DNA from: Octopus bimaculoides | Taxonomy: Eukaryota | Direction of reading: 5' to 3' | Assembly: GCF_001194135.2 (NCBI RefSeq) | Contig: NC_068995.1 | Span: 18,231,869 to 18,292,435 of the forward strand | Length of the DNA: 60,567 nt | Part shown: in pieces, positions 39,066-51,875 of the stretch | How the letters are laid out: every line of letters begins with the position of its first letter | Position numbering within the stretch: the first letter of the stretch is position 1 | Translations under genes and position numbers: made by a program | The notes under the pieces: model-generated | The model's input: the letters and a program-made list of their open reading frames with translations, nothing else | Databases searched by the model: none | Told to the model about the DNA's origin: nothing

Positions 39066-40258
39066 GTAAGTTATTAGCGCGCAAATTTCATTACCCTCTA
39101 ATATTTATGTTAAAAATAGTAAAAATCTAATTGTATAAAGAGCGGAATGATAACATAAAAGTAAAGTGGATTCAGAATACGATGTATCAAAAAAGCGATT
39201 TACATGAATTATATTTCAAACTTTTTATCGTTCGTGCAAGATATATTAATTTAACAACTTATAATGACAGACTTTTATGGAAGCTTTCTAGTTGTACACG
39301 GAAGTACTTCATTAGCTCCTGCAACAGTATTATATACATAAAAACCTTTATACACGCACACATAAATATGTTCAAACTAAAATGACATACCATCTTGCTT
39401 CAATCCTTATCAATTTCTGACACGCTACAGACTCCGTATGTGATCCACATAGGAATAGAGAACATATACTAGTCGTGTTAATGATGCTACAGATATGAAC
39501 TTTATAAAATATTTCGGAAATGTCCTCTGGCTTATTAGCAATGATTAGCAATGAGTCACTCTCTCATTTTTATATACGCTATAGTTATCTTACTCTGAAT
39601 AAATTTAATTCGTGGAAAGCTAAATATTGTTTACTAATATTGTTTTTCAAGCAGAATAATAGCAGTAAATGCCTCATGATATTTCTATACCTCAATTTCG
39701 TTTAGCGAGTATGACAATTCCTATCTTTCCTCGTGTTACTTTGAACTCAACAAAAATACACAACATAAATGAGTGAAGAAGAAAAGTACAATGAAGTTTA
39801 TGAATTTATCAGCATAAAAATATCGTGCACAAATTAAAACAGGAAAATAATATCTAAGTAATTGTTAAAATGCAGAATACATGGCCGACGAGACGCTTAT
39901 ATATGATTAGGGTAAAATGGTTTTAGTCGTGAACCATCGTCTACATTTGCATCATCTATGAATATAGACAGGAGGTCTTTTAGACGAAATGCATACGTTG
40001 GTGAGCAAGACACTTGAGAGAAAGACATTTTCTCTTTTCCCCACTTCAGCCACAGTTATCATATAATTTTAAAAATCTATATTATCCGTTGCATACTATG
40101 GCGCACTGTAGTCAAAAACAGCAAAACACTTATTGATCCACTGATAGAATGAATGCATGTATCCACGTGGGAGATTAATTACATCCATGTTGGTTTCAGA
40201 GAATTACCAAGTTGTAGCTTTGATTGAAATCAAGTTGCAGCCATCGTGTGTCTACTGT

Positions 40259-40291
<33 letters not shown>

Positions 40292-40362
40292 ACACACACA
40301 CACACACACACACACGCAGACACACACACATACACACACACACCAACCAAGCACGCACACAC

Positions 40363-40802
40363 AATATTTGTTGCAACTTTGACAAGGCTATCCGTTCGAG
40401 CAGACTCTACTGCGATTTTTAATCCCAAGAGGACATCTCCTCTATCTGATTAACGATGGACAGCTGCATCCGATAAAATTGCGAGCAGGAGAGCGAATCC
40501 CTACCATCTACTAGCGAAAAACCCCAGCATACTGGTCTTGTTTTCGGATTATTTCTACCACTCTTCATTACTCTACACCTCGTCTCATTGAGCTGATAGC
40601 AGCTTGACTCTGCTCGCAATATATATATTTCAAGCGAACACACAGTCACTGATCATGCAACAAGCAAAAAATGCTAGTTCTAAAATCTCTCCAAGAGGTA
40701 AACGCAGTAGTGGTACTGACAAGTAATATTTGGAGCCACTTTGACATATCTTTCCATTCGAGCGGTCTCTACTGCGATTTTTTAACCCCAAGAGGACATC
40801 TC
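40363..40802. repeat. Pair of about 77-bp imperfect direct repeats, 362 bp apart
   Basis: AATATTTG...ACTTTGACA...TTCGAGC...CTCTACTGCGATTTTT...CCCAAGAGGACATCTC at 40363-40439 and 40725-40802. Confidence 0.9.
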
Positions 40803-42536
40803 TTCTTGATGGCTAAACGTCAACAGCAGATCGTCAACTGCAGAAACGTCAACCGCCTTAATATGATAATGAATAATGCTGTGTTTTAAAATTTACCCAT
40901 GTCTTCTTTGTATTATCTGGATTGTTGATAGATGACAAATATGAGCATATTTGTAAAACTTGCGCTTAGTCGGACACACAACAAAACAGTTTCCTCTAGT
41001 ATATGATTAAGCATGATTCAGACGATTTCCGTCTTATATGGAACTGACTTGGCTTTGTATGATTCGCCAAATGTTTTCATCTTTCTATTCAAAATTGAAG
41101 GCATTAATTTAGAATGAGCTTCGACATCTCAGTGTATTAGAAGAAGAGAAGTAGCTCGTATTTAACTTACGCCTGGTGAGTATCCTACTATAACAGAGTG
41201 TGCATTAGAATATGCTTAACTAAATTTGCATTGCGGACCAAATAATTTTCACAAGTTTACTCCTAGATATTGTTTTGGTGTGGTGAATGTATAAACAATT
41301 TTATCATTTTGGAATATTTTGACTGCGATTTCACAGCAAAATTGTAAATGTCTTTTGTAAACTTAGTACTATGAGATATTTATGCGTAAAATTAATAGAT
41401 TCTGTATTTGCAACATCAACATGATGATTATGGTCTTTCGATATATTTATAAGCACATCATTGTACGTAGTCAGGCGAGCTAGTCAACTTCTTTTATGGC
41501 AATTTATACACTTTCAATGTGTTATATCATTACCAATTTTGCTTTTTGCAGAATAAAAGGCCATTAAGAATAAAAGGCATTATGATGTTGCAGACATTTA
41601 TGTCACCAAAAACTGGCAAAACTACCAAGCAGCAGTCTTGACAATAAATAAAGGATAAGAGAAGTGAATATTTATTCACATCTAACACGAGACAATGACC
41701 TGACCGAAAAGATATTGTTTTTATAATTCTTTATTGCGAATTGTTCGTAATCTTGGGCAACTTGTTTCATTCACATGGCCTGCGTCCAATGTTGTGGTTT
41801 TGGTCTGCATCCTCTTTGAGATCGTCGCAATGTTGAACATCATACATTGAAAGTCGGATGTTGTCTAGCTGATAAACAACTTTTTCAGAATCGTTGTTTC
41901 ACTAGAGATAAACAATAGATAAAATGGTGGTTACAGTTGTACAAAAGATGGCTTAGGATTCCTCCCGTTCAAATTGCTCGTGTTGTCTCGATACGTGTTG
42001 CAACAGTTGACATGCATATTTCAAATTTATTATTTAGATTAGTTTAGAGTGCAGTTAGAACGATACCTAAATATATATATGCAAGCTACAAAATCATTTC
42101 AGAGATAAACCTTTTTTTTCCAAATAGCACTTTATTGGCAGCTATGTCATGTCATGTCATATATCTGAGTTACCAACTGAGACAACACTACCTTTAGTCT
42201 TAAGTTTAGTCTCTAATGCACGAAACGCATTAGAGACAATTTGAACTTATATCACTCCAGTCAGTGAGTCATTATCGATTTCACTGAAATATATTTGTTG
42301 TAGATAGTATTATTGTGTTTTTGACTATGTGTAAATTAGAAGTCTACTGAAGCACAGTGAATTTGCACGATTTTAACTTATGGGTTGAGCTTCTTAACCC
42401 CGTGTCACATACTGGCCCCTTTGTACGAAGATGCTAGCTCAATGTTACGTAAAATAAAAAGCTCAATATGCCTAACTATTCTAACATTGCATCATACCAA
42501 ATATGTTTAATTTTATACTTTTACTTTTAATTTCAG

Positions 42537-42636
42537 AACATGGAAATATTCTGCACCATATAATCGATTTTAATAAAGTTCACCCAGAGAAATTATGACT
42601 TGACTTCGTGCAACGAATAAAATAGAGGGAAATAAA
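42537..42636 (+). other. Candidate terminal exon (plus strand) with two polyA signals
   Basis: CTAAC at 42481, long U-rich tract, TTTCAG| at 42536, phase-1 frame (E)HGNILHHIIDFNKVHPEKL*, AATAAA at 42616 and 42631. The sequence is AT-rich, so the signals may be chance. Confidence 0.2.
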
Positions 42637-45129
42637 GATGTAATTTAAATCTTAATTCTGGCTTTGTTCTGTGGTATTGTTCTTCAACATTGTTTATTAG
42701 ATAGGGCATTTCCACTCGAGACTCGGAGAAAGAGCAAAATGTTCATCTTACATGGAAATAATTTGCGTTCTTCTTGTTTATCTTGTGTGAAGAGGCACAT
42801 CTGCATTTTAAACTATAATTCGTGCTTCATATTCAAAAATAGAGATTAAAATATTTAGCAATACTCGAGTATTTTCACTGCGAAAATAAAGCGTACGCAT
42901 AAGCGAAAAAAGATTGAGATTAATCTAACTAAAAGTGATAGATATAAATATCTGGAGCGAGGTAGTGAAAACATTTACTATTTTATGTTACTTATTCTTT
43001 GTATTAATGGTGGATCGTTAATTAAATAATTTTTACTTCAGCAGAATCGAATATTAAAAGCCTGCACAGTATTAAGATTCGTTGGAATATTCTCATTAAA
43101 TTTTCACATTACATTTCTTTCGCTAGATGCAGGATATTTCAAGAAATTCTTAATTTACTTAAAACAAAAGACATACATTAACAGAAATAAATGTGACTAA
43201 AATTAATAGTTCCCAATTTGTATGCTACACCTTATATGGAATTTATAAATTGCTGCCTTTTATATTTAATGAAGTTTGTTTAGAGAAAAATCTTCCATTT
43301 TGCAGCTGGGTCAAAAATGTTGGGAATCCTTATTATTTTTTATGAAGAAATGGAAATATAGAGTTAAAGGTTTCTTAGATATTTCAAGAGTTTAATTAAT
43401 ATTGACATCTACTAAAGTAATGCATTTAGCTATCATTATATATTTCAAGAGTAGCTATGTTTCACAGTGTATTCTTCAAAGATTTATATAATATAAAGAT
43501 GGAGAGAAAATACAATTACATTCACTTGTCGTTTAAATTAATTTTGAAAATGTGATATTTCTCTAAAGAAATCAGTATGTGCACGCATGTATGTACATAT
43601 GTGTAATACACATGTTCCTTACACGCATATACTCAAACGTCAACGTATATACATACACACAAAAACAAGCACAGCGACGCGCAAACATTCACACACACAA
43701 CGCGCACATATATCTTGCACAATGTAATATTCTCTGATCCTTCAGTCTTTTTATATGACGATAGTAAATTTATGCAGACAAACACACAAACCATTATATG
43801 CTATATCATCCTAATATATATTTCTTCTTTGTGATTGAACATACAACCGGAGAAACTGGATAATATGTCATTTGCAAACGTCCAAGGTGTGATTTCAATA
43901 TTTTATTTGAAAACTAAGGATTAAACTATATTTTCCTTACAGAAAATCGTTTAGATAGCAGGCACTTTACAAAAAATTTACATTCGCATCAGAATAAAAT
44001 AGCATAAATAATCTTAAAAGTTTCGAGGGAAAATATCCTAAAATTAGCGGTTATCGAAATAGCATCATAAGACACAGACATGAAGCAATAAGCTAAATGA
44101 AATTCTTATCCATCTTCAGTAAGTCTTGCAGCACTGTAATTGTTAGCACCTTTTTAAAATATGTTGAATTTATTGAATATCATTATTACATTCAAAAGGA
44201 CATTTTTCATAATATCTTCCCAGCGCTGAATTGTACATCAATGTGACATTGGAATTTGCTCATAACATGTTTATAATTAAGTGTTAAGCTGACGCCTACG
44301 GTTCTGCATTATAGACTGCATTGTTTTACTTTCAAAAATTATCGTCATCCATCTTTGTTTATCAATTCCACCCTGAAAATGTCTTAGCTATAAATTCTTC
44401 CAAGTTTTATTACTCCAGTTTTTATGTACTGCTGTCTTCAGGAATAGAGAGTTCTTTTTATTATGTATCGCTAAATTTACTCTGTTTTTATAACGAATAT
44501 TTCATGTAACTAACTTAAAATAGTACCCCATGTGTCATATACGTAACTATCTACGAAGTTATTAGAGTAATAGTTGCCTTGAGAAGCCTAAGAACGTCAC
44601 GTTTTGAGCAGAGTACAAAAGATATAGTCCTTCTCTATAAATTCTGAATGTTTACCTTATCCTGTGTCTGTTCCACATTTATCATTCTTAATACTGCTCT
44701 TCTGTTAATTTGTAATACCATGTTTCTTATATTTAATTCTAATCCATACTAGTATGTATTATTTTCGAAGTATTTTCTTTATTTAGATTTCGAATTTCTT
44801 TTTAACTGATACAACCATTGTGAACATATAACCAATCGCTTCAAGCTTTAATGTAAAATAAAATGAAGCACTTCAGCCATAGTAACGAAGAGGAAAGAGT
44901 GACCAACATTGTGTATGCAGATGCTTTCAAGTATTAACACATTTTCTTATTATGTTACACGGTTACGAAAATCAAATAGATTTGTATAGGTATATATTGA
45001 CCCTATTTATAAATACATTGTTAATAAGAAATCCTTTCAATCATCATCCGTCATCATTGATGACAAGTAACTTCACTGCTGAGTGTGAAAGAAGGCGGTC
45101 GTATACGTCGATATTAAATTCTAAGTTAG

Positions 45130-45329
45130 GGTGGCGAGGTGGTACACCGGACAAAATGCTTAGCAGAATTTCGTCCGTCTTTACCTTCTGAGTTCATATT
45201 CTGCCCAGATTGACTTTGATTTTAATTCTGTCAGGGTCGATAAACCCAGTCATATATTGGTTTCGATGTAATCAACTAGTTCCCTCCCTCCAAATTGTAC
45301 GCTTTGTACCAATAGTAGAAAAAGATATT
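45130..45329 (+). mobile_element. SINE family B, diverged, small deletion in the head
   Basis: GGCGAGG...CCGGACAAAATGCTTAGCAGAATTTCGTCCGTCTTTACCTTCTGAGTTCA...TCGATGTAATCAACT...GTAGAAAAAGATATT aligns with the 28207 copy. Confidence 0.85.
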
Positions 45330-46949
45330 AAATATTAAGTTAGATAATCGTTGTAAACATATGTTGATACTTATTGGTCTGAAAGATGTTACCATAAAAA
45401 TTCATCCAGTTCAACAGAACAACAACAGTTGATGCGAAGGAAAATACTTGTGAGTGAAGCTACAAAAATTAAAAACGTATTGTGCTAATGCATTGATGAT
45501 AATGGATATCAGAGTTTATTACAGCAGTTGACGAGAAGAAAGAGAAAAAGAAACGATTTCTTGGTTGTAGCACTTTATTGTTTTAATGTATTGCATTAGT
45601 CATGTAGTATATAGTGAAAGGTATTGATGTCTGGGGAAAATACAAGGACATTTTTTTACGGGATATTAGCTCTATGATTACGAATTTGATGTGATTCTAT
45701 AAATAACTAGACGTACTTACTACATTTAATATCATTAAATAATTTCTTCTTGTAAAAGTTCTAATGTTCATGGGGGTATTTGAAGCAGGTTAAACTTGTC
45801 AATACGTTAATGGATGTAAGAAAGGTAGCATATACCATTCGATAAACTGTTGTAGAAATAAGTTACAATTGAAAAAGAAAGCTTTTATCATTAGAAAAAG
45901 AGGAGAACAATTTGACAACAAAAAAAAGCAACAGAATAAAGTTCTTTGAATTTTGTTTTGCATTTTATCTAAAAGAACGACACATAACATCCAATTGACC
46001 ACTAAATCATTTTTAGAAGTATTACTCGTAAATATTTTTTGTTTTTTTGCTTTCAGTAAAAAATAAAAACAGAAAGAGAAAAAAAAATTCGAACATTTAC
46101 AATTCAAAGAGAAGCTATTTTGTTCCGAAAATAGAGTAATAAATGTGTGATGAGGCCAACTAAGCGAAAATGCTATACAAGAATATATTCATTTTAGAAT
46201 TAATAGTTTCTACAACGTTCTCACTTTTTCTATTTTTTATTACAATCAATTTAATGAATGAATTTCAGCGCGAAATATCTTCACTAAATAAAATTATTAG
46301 CAGTGATTCATTAAAAATAAAATAAAATAAAATAAGAATAAAGAAGAACATTTTCATAAGTCTTCGGAAATATTAAAAAAAAAAACATGAAAATATCAAG
46401 AATTAGACTTATGCAATATTGATAAAATTATAAATTATAAATGTTGTTTAAATAACTTGATGAGACAAATTATTTTAGTTATAGAATAAAACGTGTAAAC
46501 AACATTTTGTGAAATAAATAAATACTTATTGATTTTCTGTTGTTTGTCTCACGGCTATTTCGGTAGTTTGTTCATATAAATCTTAACTAATTCAATACCT
46601 GTATTTATTTTCTCAAATTCATCTCTAGAAGAATTCAATTTCAATGAAGAGATGTTATCCCGGAGATGAATGATTTTTAAACTACGCATAAAATACAAGC
46701 ATATTTGAGGTTAATAATCAAATAAATCGACATTAGTATTAAAAAAAAGTATATGATTTTTCATATCAAATAAATGGAAATGATTTCATTGAAAGAGAAG
46801 TAGGAGGGAGAACGTAAAATGATGTTAGTAGAAACACATAATTTTTTCCGAAACATTATGCCAATCCACCACAGAGGATAAGACACCTTTGCTTCATGGT
46901 TGTGGGCTTCCGTCTTCGTGAAAGAGGAACTGCAATCCTTGAAAATGAG

Positions 46950-47622
46950 CCAGACTGATGTTCTCGATGAGTCTCGAGTCTGACTCTATTGCGGAGATGT
47001 CGTCCGCATATGCGAGAACCTAGTTCTCACTGGATTCCCTGTGGAACTTCTTCGATAGTGGCTCTAAAGGCAATACGAATAGAAGTGGAGAGATGGACCG
47101 AGCGTCCGATACTAAACAGTTTCAATAAGTTGCCCATTATTCTGAACCCCTGCAACATTGCATAAATCAAGTTACTGAATACAGTTTCGAAACCAGGACA
47201 GCCATCAAATGTTGATTGTCAACCCTATCAAACGCTTTCGACTGATCTAAATTGGTGACAGACCCGTACATGCCATTTTCTTTACCGACCCTCAGGAGAG
47301 ATGGAGTTTGTCGTGGACATATTTGTTTGGTATAGCACATGTGTCTACCTCACCTAAAAGACAATCGATGACAACCCCCCTCTATTGATAGCATCGTGTC
47401 GAAATTTTCTACTTTACATCTGGCAGTATCATGGGTTTGAAGTTGTTAAAATACTCCCCCCGCCACTCTTCGAGTCATTTCTGATTATCATCAAAACACC
47501 TCCCTTTGAAGACTGGGAATATTTCCGCTGTGCTCTCAGTTGCAGAAGATCTGTTACAAGTCCACCGAGCAAATTTGGCATATGATGATAGAGCTAGTTG
47601 GGCCGTCCATCTAGCCCCGGCA
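46950..47622 (-). mobile_element. Non-LTR retrotransposon (L1/Tx1 clade) reverse-transcriptase fragment, decayed
   Basis: Ordered RT motifs on the minus strand: PGLDG (47620-47606), NFKPMIL...VIDCLLGEVDTCAIPNKYVHDKLHL, LDQSKAFDRVD (47250-47218), SPLLFVLPLEPL and AYADDI (47013-46996). LDQxKAFDRV is characteristic of Tx1-type ORF2. Several stops and frameshifts. Confidence 0.9.
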
Positions 47623-47624
47623 AA

Positions 47625-47830
47625 TACTACATCGTACCGCTAGATATTGCACAACGAGAATACCAAGGATGCCAAGACAATGTGGAAAGAATATTCCATT
47701 GGGAGCTCTGTGGAAATCACGGCCTACAAAGAAATCTGTGACTTGGCAATGTTAACTGAGAACAATGGCATTTTGAAATATATTCTACAGACATGGAATT
47801 GATGCCAGACGGGATAGCCTGTGTTGTGCA
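47625..47830 (+). mobile_element. R2/R4-type (restriction-like endonuclease) non-LTR retrotransposon, C-terminal fragment, decayed
   Basis: Plus strand reads IVPLDIAQREYQGCQDNVERIFHWELCGNHGL, then TENNGI and (other frame) HGIDARRD. These resemble the post-zinc-knuckle AQxEYxxRHDxVAxxxHWxLC motif and the RxPD motif of RLE domains in R4/Dong-like elements. Confidence 0.65.
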
Positions 47831-50612
47831 TAGAGAGATCGAACTGTAATGCACACACTCGTGCTATATCTCAACATTGCTGACATTTGAAATAATGTCA
47901 AATAGCTGTTAGCGTGCGTAGGAGGAATCGGAATGTCGGCGAAATCCATCGTGTGGATCACTCACCGTACATCTTCAACATGGCAACGCAGACAATGTTG
48001 CTCTGTGTAGTGAGTGCCAATGGTGAACGATTTCTTGTGGAGGCTGAAAGTTTTGAGGAAAGATACCTTGCCCTTTGGCCAATCCCTCACCGTCTCTTTG
48101 AAGTTTCACTTGGAAATAAAACAGAAAATGGAGATGGAAATGCCCTCTTAATGGATTTTTCAAAAGGCTAGTGGCAAAAACGACTTGCGTGCATGGAACT
48201 GCACTAAGCATGTGACTGTTGGCTGAGGGCTCGTGACATTTATCGAATGAGCAATCCTGGCCCTGTGGGCGTTCCTAGATTTGCGTTAGATAGAGGCTCT
48301 TTCATATCAGAAGGGCTCCATGATATGTTTTCTCATATTTGGTATATTAAGTACACCTTTATCTCATTTCAACTTCCTTTCGCTCTCCTTCTTCCCTTCT
48401 CAGTTATCCTCGTAACGCCTCTTCATTTGATGCCCATCTGGTAATAAAAAATATCACCATGATCATCATCATCATCACCACCATCATCAACATTATTATT
48501 GTTGCTGTTGTTTTGTTGTTAATATTTTTAGTGTTGCTTTGTATTAGTGTTTTATTACTATTATTATGTTAATGATAATGACTTATTTACCACAAGACGA
48601 CTATAATTTAATGGTAGTTAGTTGGCTGTGTGGGATGATTTATGTTTTACCGAATCGAAAACAATGAGTTATTAAATCTGATAGGCATGAAAGGTAAAAT
48701 ATTCTCTGTTTTCTACAGTAAATTATTCAATCTTCAGATTATATAAAATGAAAATTCATGCTACTTTATACAATACTTCTTTCTGATTTTCTTGTCTTTC
48801 ACATAAACGAAGGCTGTATATTTCTTTGAGAGTTTTCATAAGTTCCCTTTCTTATAACTGTTTATGGAAAATTGCATTGAAGTGTAGAGAAAGCTATAAG
48901 GACTTTGTAAGCCGTATGTGGGCGACTCTTTTCATTGCCATTTTGTTTAAATGCTGATTACCCATGAGCAACAAACTCAATTCAAGTTTTGTATAGATTA
49001 GGTTATTATTAGAATAAAATAAGATGTAAATTATTCATTTTCAATAATTACTTTTTTCCTGTCGTTCATATTTTCTATCAAGCAACAAGTATTAAATTGG
49101 TAATAACGGAAATACTGAGTAAATCGCCACCAAATTTATAGTAAAATTGTCTCCCAGATAATACGGAAAAAATGTGATAAAACCGAGATAATTTGGAGGT
49201 GACAATGCAAAAATAAAAATGGACGTATTTTTACCTTTATTATATTATGATTTAATGCTTTATTGTCTAGAGAAATGAGTTGAGCTCATAGATTTCTAAG
49301 GTGATGAATACGCTGTGGGAATAAATATAAAGAGAATTTATAATATGGAAAACAAATCTTATTTATAATTATAGGTTTTGAAGGTAATTATCTTTAGAGT
49401 AATACAATAATAGATTGGGAAATATATCATATACAAATTAAAATATGACACTACCAAAGGGTTATTTTAGGGAAATGATTCATAAAGACCCTAGAATAAT
49501 GCGGAAATATATAATTAGACGTTTTCGACTTCCTTTTTATGAAATGTGTTATCTCCTGGGATGTCAGCTAATTCGTTTTATAATATATTTTAGAAGAGGT
49601 CGAGTATTCAGTTCCCTAATCATTGCTGCATTTCCAAAGGTTCTTTGTATCCCTTATTGAAACCGACACGTGGATGGTTACAATTTTCTTTATTTAATTA
49701 AGTTATTTGGGAAATAGTATGAAAGGCAAAATGCAGAGGTTTAAAATAAATGAGTTAAAGATGGCAATATAAAGTATATATACATGTGTGTGAGTGTGTC
49801 TGTGCGCGACAACACATATGTATATAGGCATACACATATATTGATACGTATGTCTCCAAATATATCATATGTATACATGTATATGAATATATATATATAT
49901 ATGCATAGAAATATATATATATATATATATATATANNNNNNNNNNNNNNNNNNNNNNNNNNNNNNNNNNNNNNNNNNNNNNNNNNNNNNNNNNNNNNNNN
50001 NNNNNNNNNNNNNNNNNNNNNNNNNNNNNNNNNNNNNNNNNNNNNNNNNNNNNNNNNNNNNNNNNNNNNNNNNNNNNNNNNNNNNNNNNNNNNNNNNNNN
50101 NNNNNNNNNNNNNNNNNNNNNNNNNNNNNNNNNNNNNNNNNNNNNNNNNNNNNNNNNNNNNNNNNNNNNNNNNNNNNNNNNNNNNNNNNNNNNNNNNNNN
50201 NNNNNNNNNNNNNNNNNNNNNNNNNNNNNNNNNNNNNNNNNNNNNNNNNNNNNNNNNNNNNNNNNNNNNNNNNNNNNNNNNNNNNNNNNNNNNNNNNNNN
50301 NNNNNNNNNNNNNNNNNNNNNNNNNNNNNNNNNNNNNNNNNNNNNNNNNNNNNNNNNNNNNNNNNNNNNNNNNNNNNNNNNNNNNNNNNNNNNNNNNNNN
50401 NNNNNNNNNNNNNNNNNNNNNNNNNNNNNNNNNNNNNNNNNNNNNNNNNNNNNNNNNNNNATATCCATACACACACAGACATATATATGTGTGGATATAT
50501 ATGTATATAGACATTTATATTTATACATACAAGTTCCGATGGGTAAATTGTCACCATATTATATTTTCAATTTCGCGCATTTGCATGTTTGTTTTTGAAT
50601 TTGTCGACTATA

Positions 50613-51335
50613 CAGTATAGTAGGATTAATTGGGGCACCGTGTGTTAGAAAAACAGCACCATGTCACAAATCACTCAGCCAAAAATTTGGAAATTACATG
50701 CTGTACTACTTGGTATTTTCGCCGGAATCTCCAATACGAACATCCCAGAGTGTTTGGGTCTGAATGTGAGGACAGTGCAATCTGAGGAAGGTACCGAGTG
50801 TGATAAAAATCAAACATCCACTCACCATCCTGGTGTTTGGAGTGATCATAAGTGATGGCGACGTTATGCCTCCATTCATCTCCCAACACGGACTCAGACT
50901 CAACACAGAGGACTGTGCATCATGTCATACATGCAGGAGAACCCAGTCATGGCTGTCAGATATTACTGCCACCACATCGCCCCTAACATCTGGCCAACTA
51001 TCTCCCCAGAATGCAACCCTCTTGATTATTATATGTGGGACGTAATTTAGCGAAAGTCCAACAAAACTTCTTGTAACACCAAAGATGAACTGAACGCAAG
51101 GATTATGGCAGCATTCACCAACTTAAACAAGGAGACTGCCCAGAAGAGTTGTAGGAGATTCCAAAATCACCTGGAGGCCGCAGTTGAAGCCAATGGCAAT
51201 TTTATTAAATGAATTTACCCTTTCGTATTTCAAGATATTTTAATGTTATTTCGGCAAATATATAAGTTAACATGAGATGTCCGTGTTATTTTCATTATTG
51301 CGCAATTCAGACGACAGTTTATTCACCGCACACTG
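50613..51335 (+). mobile_element. DD37D (maT-type) Tc1/mariner transposon, internally deleted, non-autonomous
   Basis: ATG 50661 MSQITQPKIWKLHAVLLGIFAGISNTNIPECLGLNVRTVQ; then KHPLTILVFGVIISDGDVMPPF; then DCASCHTCRRTQSWLSD...NIWPTISPECNPLDYYMW...EAAVEANGNFIK* (stop 51210-51212). Restoring one missing base gives 37 residues between the 2nd and 3rd catalytic D. Ends are TA|CAGT...ACTG|TA, but the TIRs are otherwise diverged. Confidence 0.85.
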
Positions 51336-51486
51336 TATATATATATATATACATACGGTTGTATCCATAACTTAGCGTTTGCTTGTATCTCTCTGCGTAT
51401 GTGTTGTCAGCGAGCCGATATATGACTTTTTAATTTTTACAATAACAAACATTACGTAATGTAATACGTTATCTTCGATATATATA

Positions 51487-51875
51487 TTACTCTTTTACTC
51501 TTTTACTTGTTTCAGTCTTTTAACTGCGGCCATGCTGGAGCACCGCCTTTAGTCGAGCACCGCCTTTAGAAGCCTAGTACTTATTCTATCGGTCTCTTTT
51601 GCCGAACCGCAAAGTTACGGGGACATAAACACACCAGCATCGGTTGTCAAGCGATGTTGGGGGGACAAACACAGACACACAAACACATACATACATACAT
51701 ATATATATATATACGACGGGCTTCTTTCAGTTTCCGTCTACCAAATCCACTCACAAGGCTTTGGTCGGCCCGAGGCTATAGTAGAAGACACTTGCCCAAG
51801 ATGCCACGCAGAGGGACTGAACCCGGGACCATGTGGTTGGTAAGCAAGCTACTTACCACACAGCCACTCCTACGC
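51487..51875 (-). mobile_element. tRNA-derived SINE, family A (CORE-like), near full length, best-preserved copy
   Basis: Minus strand: A-box-like TGGCTGTGTGG, B-box GGTTCAGTCC (51823-51814), CTTGGGCAAGTG resembling the CORE domain of MIR-type SINEs, internal (TA)/(TG) tract, and a (AAAAGAGT)-repeat tail. tRNA-derived SINE families (OK/OR1/OR2) are known from octopus; I cannot say which this is. Confidence 0.92.

Noticed and set aside
41740-41905. Strong minus-strand acceptor at about 41901 followed by NNDSEKVVYQLDNIRLSMYDVQH...
   Set aside because: The long frame begins with TGA immediately after the AG, the other frames stop within 12 codons, and there is no donor.
47914-48444. ORFs 47914-48171, 47975-48211 and 48247-48444 as host genes or LINE endonuclease
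   Set aside because: No recognisable motif in any frame; left as unassigned GC-elevated flank of the retrotransposon junction.
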